A DNA stretch of 64,000 bases from an uncultured Bacteroidales bacterium (lineage in GTDB: Bacteria > Bacteroidota > Bacteroidia > Bacteroidales > GCA-2748055), in the NCBI GenBank assembly GCA_963710385.1, contig CAVQAB010000002.1:11880-75879 (forward strand), written 5' to 3'. The notes under the pieces are model-generated. The model did not search any database. It worked only from the letters and a program-made list of their open reading frames with translations, and had not been told where the DNA came from. Shown here one piece after another: positions 57,101-64,000 of the stretch (the first letter of the stretch is position 1; each line of letters opens with the position of its first letter). The translations under genes and the position numbers were made by a program.

Positions 57101-57774
57101 TCTTCCTGACTCACAACAATATATCCATCATTCGCAACTGGAATAATCTTGACAACTTTTGACCCGGGGTATTGGTCAAATCTTTGCAACACATTTAAGG
57201 AGGATTCTACCTGGTTATAATTGGTGAGGTACAGGTTCTCCTGCGTACCGATCAAAAACCGATCCGCACCCACGAACTCAATTTGAGTTAGTAATTCATC
57301 TTTATTCGAAAAGTCTATAACGCTGATATTGAGATTATTATTTATCAACAATACTCCCTGGTTCTGGACGGAGATCCATATAGAACCTGTTTCATCTTCT
57401 GTAAGATCCGTGACAGAGCCCTGAATATCGGATTGCACATTGAATAGCCTGAAACCTTCCTTAATCCTGAGTGAGATAGAACCGTTTTGATGACCAATCC
57501 AAATTCTTCCCTTGCTATCTTTAAAAATTTTCGTAACGAAATTATCTGCAATTCCATCTTCTGTGGTGAAGTGTTCAAAATCAAAACCGTTAAACCTGTA
57601 TAGCCCATCCGGTGTCCCAATCAACATATAGCCCTGATTATCCTGATTAATATCATAGACAAAGGGGTTTAACAATCCTTCGTTATTGCTGTACTGTCTG
57701 AAAAAATAGTATTGTCCTGTTGCGTTATAACCAACAGAGATTAGTATTATCAGTAATAAAATCCGCGATTTCAT
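54184..57774 (-). CDS. Hybrid sensor histidine kinase/response regulator with a periplasmic beta-propeller (Reg_prop) and Y_Y_Y sensor, and no DNA-binding output domain
   Basis: Intact 1196-aa ORF. It has repeated 'G.IWIG...GL' propeller units, 'YEFKIRAF', one TM helix, the H-box 'MSHEIRTPMN', the ATPase motif 'GGTGLGL' and a receiver domain with 'LILMDIKLPGMNG'. It ends right after the receiver domain. Confidence 0.88.
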   Translation of the reverse strand: MKSRILLLIILISVGYNATGQYYFFRQYSNNEGLLNPFVYDINQDNQGYMLIGTPDGLYRFNGFDFEHFTTEDGIADNFVTKIFKDSKGRIWIGHQNGSISLRIKEGFRLFNVQSDIQGSVTDLTEDETGSIWISVQNQGVLLINNNLNISVIDFSNKDELLTQIEFVGADRFLIGTQENLYLTNYNQVESSLNVLQRFDQYPGSKVVKIIPVANDGYIVVSQEDGLYQLSPEGISGAYLFSAIDENPKGMLDNLQGGLTDRNGDLWVNSMGNGLTQFRPNQENGYQLIASISADRGLISENAKSMFEDLEGNLWIGMYGEGLLKYVDSNLKFYRYDSDGYSLENYAIAGFDDNLMAATGDRLLEINRLGDTVVKAYPLPEHQMGDRVNTIYTSGDGSIWIGCEQSGVYVARAGNLNFNPVFISRDELANSVNHITGQGEDIWISTKKGLCLIKRNSGLKKWFTTNEGLPHNNIKQMYIDPEGRVLIATQCKEIHYINKNDEVAVLENSGMGPFNSIVSFGMDAQETLWAGSMGNGVWWITDDTIKNFTRESGLLSDFCYSLALTKEGKPVVSHSGGISLIDPETNIVKTFSGHDGVKSSAEFYTNAVYTDRIGNIWFGTSEGLIQYTSTESKGEIISPMLQISAVMIDGDTIDHTQGPVLLKAGQYELVVDYIGISFTNPESVFYTTKLEGYNKSWSDPTFNRRITYDMISHGEYEFKIRAFTENDIRSEEDSAFRIKIKKPVYLSVWFYGMIAVILGIMFFSILRIRERNHKMVQERLLKNLDEKSKEIIVKEEIIKERRKVEKILIEAKTKAELSEQLKTSFLQNMSHEIRTPMNAIVGFSSLLKEEELTDETRNEFVDNVSTNAESLLGLIDDILDISKLETNALNIKKGMCNLNELILRLESTYQKRLKNIEKEGIELKAIVPSGDDIEITTDVIRLKQVLSKLLDNAVKFTEAGRITLGFKEVKEGIEFFVEDTGIGLSEDKKEVIFDLFRKIEDDKLKLYGGTGLGLTLSRYLVTLLGGEIQVDSKEGIGSRFYFVLPFEKADDGKLIEKSGTDNEFKDIMTGKRILVVEDDEINFKLIYQYLLATGAAVDWAKNSEETLQMYFKEGAFDLILMDIKLPGMNGYEISMRIREIDKTVPIIAQTAFAMEGDEELSLEAGCNAYIAKPIKKNILLKMITDLIFKPKDTSID

Positions 57775-57780
57775 AAAGCT

Positions 57781-58767
57781 TTATTTTCTTGGAATGGCTT
57801 TCATTCGGAGTGATGGATTGTATACCGGTTTTCCGCCAATGGGTATTACGTAAAAGGGAAGAGATTCACCATACTGGTTCTGAACGATCACAACGACATT
57901 GTTGTTCCTGATCATTTTCGCATTGTTTTTAATGAATTGGACCTCCATGGAGGTGTTCAGTTCATTCTTTGTAATGAAGAACTCATTCTCTTTCCAATCA
58001 TTGTCACCGGAAATTGTGCATAATTCCCCTCTCTTGGCTATCGATACAACCCTGATAAATCCGTCATCATCCCAATCATAATTGAGTATCTTAACGGATG
58101 TAACCTTATCATCCAGAAAAGGATAGATCTGCGAAACATTGTTTTGATTGTTTGAAAGTCTGAATGTATATTCGTAGGTAAACACGTTCCCCCCCTCAAT
58201 GGGTTTGTTCTCATTTTTATCTGTGCTCATATAAAACCTGTAGAGATTTCCATCATCCCCACTCAATCCCAGAACAATTATTTTGAATATATATCCCCCA
58301 AGTTTTTCAACAAACTCTCCTTCCTGCTGAATAAAAGGTCCAAATGTATACCATTCATCATCAAAGCGATTGCTTCTCTCAAAACTACGGGAAGCCAGCA
58401 TATTTCCGCTGTTATAATTCCCGACAGGGTTTACCTGCCTGGCATCCTCATTGTTCCAGGCTCCGGCACCACCGTATAATGAAAATCTGACATTTGTATT
58501 GAATTCTCCCTTCATCTCATCATGCTCTCCACCTGTATCCGGATCAAATACCCGGATATAAAATGGTTCAGTATGGGAAGGAGGTACCATAAAGAAAAAA
58601 ATCTGGCAGAAATCATCGTCTCCCCAGGATTTGTCAGAATCGGCACCAAAGGTTACAAGAAAGGGTATGTTCTCGTCCACTGCGGGTGCGGGCTGAGAAT
58701 TCAGGTCAGATATATAACAACCTGATAATATGATAATGCAAATAAAATATCTAAGAATTTCCGTCAT
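57781..58767 (-). CDS. Hypothetical lipoprotein (328 aa) between the PorP/SprF gene and the hybrid kinase gene
   Basis: Intact ORF with lipobox 'IILSGC'. I recognise no family. It lies 11 nt after the porP-like stop and 6 nt before the kinase start. Confidence 0.55.
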   Translation of the reverse strand: MTEILRYFICIIILSGCYISDLNSQPAPAVDENIPFLVTFGADSDKSWGDDDFCQIFFFMVPPSHTEPFYIRVFDPDTGGEHDEMKGEFNTNVRFSLYGGAGAWNNEDARQVNPVGNYNSGNMLASRSFERSNRFDDEWYTFGPFIQQEGEFVEKLGGYIFKIIVLGLSGDDGNLYRFYMSTDKNENKPIEGGNVFTYEYTFRLSNNQNNVSQIYPFLDDKVTSVKILNYDWDDDGFIRVVSIAKRGELCTISGDNDWKENEFFITKNELNTSMEVQFIKNNAKMIRNNNVVVIVQNQYGESLPFYVIPIGGKPVYNPSLRMKAIPRK

Positions 58768-58778
58768 GGCATGATCTA

Positions 58779-59723
58779 TTAAAACCTCCTTGGTGACTGC
58801 GTCTTCTTGCTCAAAAACTGAAAATCAAATCCAATGACAACCTCATGGGTGCCAGAAGTTAAGTGATAATCATAAGATAAAGGTAGCTCATATGCATAGG
58901 CAAGCAAAAAATTCTCAAATACCCTGTAAGAAACATAAGCACCAGCCGAACCGTTGATCCTGTAGGTAGCTCCAACCGTGATTACACTCTGAAAGGTAGT
59001 TGATAATCTTACTTCTACCAGTGGGGATGCTCCTTTTGAGAGCCAGAACCCCAGGGCAGGCAGTATGGTAAGGCCTTCAGCCAGTTCGTAGGCTGCCCCG
59101 GTTTGAAAATTATAAACCCTCTCCTCCCGGTTTTGTAAACCAACCCTCTCCTCTCCGTCAGGCCGAAATTCATTCCTTAACAACAGGGGGATGGAAAAAT
59201 CAAGGTAATATTTCCTGAATGTGTAATGAAACCCGGTTCCAAAGTTTGGAAGTATTCGGTTTGTTACACTGGATTCTAACAGCGGATCGCCCGGATCAAT
59301 CCTTAACAGGTCGCTCAGGATTATCTTGTAACCACTGAATCCACCCCTGAGACCGAATGATAAAGTTGACAATGCAGAGACATTAATGGTATAAGAATAG
59401 CTTAAGAATATCCCATTTTTTGTAAGGGGGCCGGATAGCTGGCGCTGAAAATCAAAACCAATCCCGGTTTTCGGGTTACGGAGTGGCACATTGGCCGCAA
59501 AAAAGTATGATTTAGGAGCTCCGTCGAAGCCTACCCACTGCTGCCTGGTAAGCAAAACCACATCGGAGGTCCCTTCCAAACCGGCGTAGGCAGGATTAAT
59601 ACCTGGCCTAACCATTTCCTGCATGGAATATATGGGGATTTGCTGAGCGTATATCGATATGGAAACCGTTAAAATGAACAGCAGGAAGGAATATTTCAAT
59701 ATAAATATTTTAGTGCTGCTCAT
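58779..59723 (-). CDS. PorP/SprF family type IX secretion system membrane protein
   Basis: Contains 'AQQIPIYSMQEMVRPGINPAYAGL' and 'QQWVGFDGAPKSYF', typical of PorP/SprF. It starts 4 nt after the stop of a type-B CTD cargo gene. Confidence 0.85.
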   Translation of the reverse strand: MSSTKIFILKYSFLLFILTVSISIYAQQIPIYSMQEMVRPGINPAYAGLEGTSDVVLLTRQQWVGFDGAPKSYFFAANVPLRNPKTGIGFDFQRQLSGPLTKNGIFLSYSYTINVSALSTLSFGLRGGFSGYKIILSDLLRIDPGDPLLESSVTNRILPNFGTGFHYTFRKYYLDFSIPLLLRNEFRPDGEERVGLQNREERVYNFQTGAAYELAEGLTILPALGFWLSKGASPLVEVRLSTTFQSVITVGATYRINGSAGAYVSYRVFENFLLAYAYELPLSYDYHLTSGTHEVVIGFDFQFLSKKTQSPRRF

Positions 59724-59727
59724 CCCC

Positions 59728-62700
59728 CTAATCCCTTCTTAAATAAATAAAACCTTTTATGATCGCATCGGTTCCATCCAGATAAATCACATAGTAATAG
59801 GTCCCTGTGGGCAATTTCTTGCCATCATTCAGGTTGCCTGATGGAACTCCATCCCAGGAATTATCATAGTTTATCATGCGAAATACTTCCTGACCGTTCA
59901 CATTATAACACTACCAGCTCGTTATCAGGATATTGCTCGATTCCTAAAATCTCAAACCGGTCATTCAGCCCATCATCATTGGGTGTGAATGCCTCAGGAA
60001 TAACAAGTCCATAATCGGGTGTATTTTCAAGCTGTAACGATAACTTCCTGGTTAAACAGGGCTGCATTTCCATTGATATCAGTAACCGTATATGCAACAA
60101 TGGTGGTCCCTAAAGAATAAATGCCGCTGGCATCGGTTCCTCCATTGAAATCATTGACCACCGAAAGAATTCCACAATTATCAGTAAATACGGGTACTGG
60201 CGGTGTCAGGTCAATTTCAAAAGTGCCATCTTCAACAGTAACCAGGGTGTCTCTGAGCGATGAAACCACGGGCAGGCTATTATCCTGGAGTACAATACTA
60301 AACGTGCACCCGGTCTCATTTCCTGCCCCATCACGAGCCGTTAATACAATTTCCTGAATGGTACCCGATCCGCCAATCTTAGTGCCTGGTAAAGGAGATT
60401 GGGAGACGATAGGATCAGGTTCACAATTGTCATTGGCAGAGGCTGAGGCAGTATAATCCGGAATAATAAATTCACATTGTTCATCTACATATTCTGTTCT
60501 GTCAGCCGGACAGACAATTTGAGGTTCCAGGTCATCGGTTACAGTAATACTTTGAACACATGTGGCCGTATTTCCCCGCAGATCAGTAACAGTCCAGGTA
60601 ACTGGTGTTGTTCCTGCAGGATAGATACCGCTTGCGTCGGCTAATCCGTTGAAGTCATTGGTCACACTGAATATACCGCAGTTATCACTGACTTCAGGCA
60701 AAGCTACAATTACAGAAGCGCTGCAATTTCCAGGATCTACAGACTGCTCCAAATCAGGCGGACATGTAATTGTTGGTACCTGGTTGTCTTGCCAACAATT
60801 TCCTGGCTGTATGTATTTGAATTACCACAATAATCGGCGATTCTGTATGTTCGCGTTATAGTCTCGGGATTACTCATGCCATCAGATACCTCACTTTCCA
60901 AGGAAAAACTGGAAGGATCGATCCCACAATTGTCACTGGCTGATCCTCCAGCATCAACAAAGGCGGCATAATTTGCATAGGAAGGTTGTTCTGAAATATC
61001 ACATTCTGCTGTACAGGTTGCCCGGATTGGTATCAAAGGTCGGATCTATGCTGTCTTCTATATGAATTGTATGAATGATATTGACCAGGTTACCACAGCC
61101 ATCGGTTACAGTGTAGGTCCTTGTAATGACTATCGGACATATGCCTGTGTGACATCACTGTTACTGACTACCAGTGATCCATCCGGGGTACATGCATCCG
61201 TGATGGTGATGCCTCCTGCAAGTGCTTCTAGCCCGGCAACGGTGGTTTCTGCTGCAGGGGCATCACTGGCAGCACATCCTTCGATGGCCATGTCGGTGAT
61301 TGTGCCAACAACCAAAGGAACCGTCGTATCGATAATGGAAATTGTATGAGGGATATCTACAGAATTGCCACAGGCATCGGTCACACTGTAGGTCCTCGAA
61401 ATGACCACAGGACATGTGCCCGTTGTAACATCACTGCTGCTGACTGCCAACTCCCCCATCCGGTGTACAAGCATCTGTAATTGTTATAGCTCCTGCAAGA
61501 GCTTCTTAAACCGGCCACCGTGGTTTCTGCCGCTGGGGCATCACCGGTATCACATCCTTCAATTGATGTGTCGGTTATTGAACCAACAACCATAGGAGAA
61601 GTTGTATCATACAAATAAATTGTATGCAACGTATTGACGAAGTTGCCACAACCATCAGTTATTATATAGGTCCTTGTAATGATTGCCGGGCATGTTCCCA
61701 AGATGACATCATTGCTGTTAACTACCAGTGATCCATCCGGCGTGCATACATCGGTGATGGTCATTCCACCTGCAAGGGCCTCTAACCCGGCCACTGTGGT
61801 CTCTGGCGCCAGGGCAGCAGGGGCATCGCATCCTTCGATTGATGTGTCGGTTATTGAACCAACAACCACAGGAGGAGCAGTATCCTCTATTTGAATCGTA
61901 TGTTGGATATTTACGGAATTGCCACAACCGTTGGTTACAGTGTAGGTCCTCGTAATGACTATTGGGCATGTGCCCGTTGCAGCATCACTGCTGCTGACTA
62001 CTAATGCTCCATCCGCTGTACATGCATCCGTAATCGTTATAGCTCCTTCAAGGGCTTCTAACCCGGCTACCGTGGTTTCTGCTGCCGGGGCATCGCCGGC
62101 ATCACATCCTTCAATTGATGTGTCGGTTATAGAACCAACTACCATGGGAGCAGCAGTATCATCTATTTGAATCGTATGCTGGATATTTACAGCATTGCCA
62201 CAACCATCGGTTACGGTGTAGGTCCTGGTAATAACTACAGGGCATGTGCCCGTTGCAGCATCACTGCTGCTGACTAGCAGTGCTCCATCCGTTGTACAAG
62301 CATCGGTGATGGTAATGCCACCTGAAAGGGCTTCTAACCCGGTAACTGTGGTCTCTGCTGCCGGGGCATCGCCGGCATCGCATCCTTCAATTGAAGTGTA
62401 GGTTATCGAACCAACAACCACAGGAGCCGTTGTATCATCGATGTTAATAGTATGAAGGATATTTACGGCATTGCCACAACCATCGGTTACGGTGTAGGTT
62501 CTGGTAATAATTATCGGACAGGTGCCTGCCGGGACATCATTGCTGCTGACTACCAGTGATCCATCCGGTGTACATGCATCGGTGATGGTTATGCCTCCTG
62601 CAAGGGCTTCTAACCCGGCAATGGTCGTCTCTGCTGCAGGGGACTTCTCCAGCAGCACATCCTTCACTTGATGTGTCAGATATTGTTCCAACAACTTCCG

Positions 62701-64000
62701 GGGCTATTGTATCATTTATTGTTATGGTCTGGGTGAGGTTGATACTGTTACCACAATCATCAGTAACACTGTATGTCCTGATTACTGTTTCCGGGCAGCT
62801 CAATCCATCAGATACGTCACTTACAAATGCAACTGTTGGCGTGGCTGTACAATTATCTGCCTCGTCCGTTATTACAGCAACATTCGGAGCAGGTATATTC
62901 GCAGAGCAATCTATGTTCAGCGGGGCAGGGTTCGATGCAGTAGGAACGGTGGTATCATTGATAGTAATATCCTGTTGGCAGGCGGCTGTATTACCATTGT
63001 TATCAGCAATCTGGTAAGTTCGAGTTGCTGTCTCAGGACAACTCATGACCGTTTGAAACCTCACTTACCAGTATGAAGCTCGCCTCATCAATACCGCAAT
63101 TATCTGTTAATGAACCACTGTCTGTTATAAAATCAGCAGTATCAGCATAGACTGACTGCTCACTGGCTGCACATTCCGCATTGAGGTTGCCCGGACAGAT
63201 TATTACTGGATCAATGGTATCGTTCGCAACAGTTAGACCCAATGTGCCATCTAAAGAAATTTCACAATCTGTAGCCAATGCATCCCTCATCCGAATATCA
63301 TATACAGCAGCTATCAGGCCAGCGAAGGATCCCGATCCCTGCCAGGAAGCTCCGCCATTTATGGTATATTCATAAGATCCGGTTCCTCCGGAAGGGCCCG
63401 TAACCGATATGGAACCATCTGACCCTCCTGAACAGCTGACTTCCGTAGAGTTAACTGTTGCACTTAATACCGCCGGTTCAGTAATCGTAAAAGTGCTGTC
63501 CTGGTTATTGAAGGCGGTATCTGTAATCGTTACTGTATATAAACCTGCACTTAAACCACTTATATCCTCGGTCGTCGGACCATGACTCCATAAATATGTA
63601 TAGCCGGGTGAGCCACCGTGAAACTGTAATATTTATTGCACCATCATTGCCACCGTTGCATGAAACTTGTGCTAATACTCTGTCGATGGTAATGGAATTA
63701 ACTGCGAATCCGATCCCGAACTGGGTTCCTGAGGTAGATACCCCCCCTGTTAAATTAGTTCTATGGATGGTTGGAGAAACCGCATCTGAATGGGTGCCAT
63801 CCAATTCCCAGTTGCCCCCGTTTGTCCGTTTAATAACTCTTGTTGAAGGGCTTATTGAATAACTGGTAAATCCATTGGCATCCAGATCAATATTGTAACC
63901 TGTGCTTGCCAGACCATTTGCTGCGGTGAAGTCCCAATATCCGTCACTGAACTGATTTGAAATAATTTTTCCATTTTCAGATTGAGGTAAACCTTCTGAA
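59728..64000 (-). pseudogene. Giant repeat-rich cell-surface protein (adhesin-like) with HYR-type modules and a T9SS type-B C-terminal domain. It is 5'-partial (runs off the window) and has many frameshifts.
   Basis: The C-terminus reads '[27 protein letters not shown]' then (frame change) 'NGQEVFRMINYDNSWDG...LPTGTYYYVIYL'. The HYR-like modules include 'NCSASVIVALPEVSDNCGIF...GTTPVTWTVTDLRGNTATC'. The 92-aa repeats carry 'TCPxxITRTYTVTDGCGN'. Confidence 0.8.
61100..62700 (-). repeat. Six tandem repeats of about 276 nt (92 aa) inside the adhesin gene
   Basis: The landmark string CCATCCGG.GTACA.GCATC recurs at about 61181, 61456, 61733, 62010, 62286 and 62562. The spacing is 275-277 nt, and the deviations from 276 coincide with frame changes. 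Confidence 0.85.

Noticed and set aside
1-64000. Genuine genome-wide pseudogenisation (reductive evolution)
   Set aside because: The broken genes include indispensable single-copy functions. They keep perfectly conserved motifs in the shifted frames and show no accumulation of substitutions or deletions. Sequencing or assembly indels explain this better. Read-level data are needed to prove it.

Overview
This 64-kb chromosomal segment looks like Bacteroidota. The evidence is a SusC/SusD pair, two type IX secretion (T9SS) cargo proteins with a PorP/SprF gene, a fused DAHP-synthase/chorismate-mutase, tandem long LepB paralogues and TAnnTTTG-type promoter boxes. I count about 46 protein genes and 2 tRNA-Leu genes. 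I saw no rRNA, CRISPR, transposase, integrase or phage genes.

Housekeeping content:
- rsmE, an ECF sigma factor, uvrA and nth.
- An aromatic amino-acid operon: pheA, DAHP synthase/chorismate mutase, aroB, aroD, aroC, tyrA.
- tilS, a peroxiredoxin and proS.
- A long co-directional array: dpp4, thrS, infC, rpmI, rplT, dapB, lepB, lepB, wbqC.

Accessory content:
- A porin, TPR protein, Na+/solute symporter and DUF4212-like operon.
- An M49-like lipoprotein peptidase and a 7TMR-DISM/PP2C sensor.
- An FG-GAP propeller protein.
- A Tyr/Gly-rich plus Ser/Arg-rich low-complexity lipoprotein next to a FadL-like barrel.
- An S8 protease with a CUB domain and a T9SS tail, and a SusC/SusD locus.
- A hybrid sensor kinase, and a giant T9SS type-B adhesin with its PorP/SprF partner.

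Main observations:
1. About 27 of the 46 genes are broken by single-base indels. These include essential single-copy genes (thrS, infC, rplT, tilS, lepB, dapB). Assembly error is the most economical reading, so the 'pseudogene' labels below mean 'disrupted as sequenced'.
2. A 16-codon Tyr/Phe-rich leader peptide with an antiterminator/terminator pair sits directly upstream of pheA.
3. A structured repeat of about 150 nt precedes both tRNA-Leu genes (3 copies). Its arms copy, and reverse-complement, the 5' part of whichever tRNA follows it. I could not match it to any element class I know, and it is my best candidate for something new.

I did not see a convincing defence, toxin or mobile-element system.
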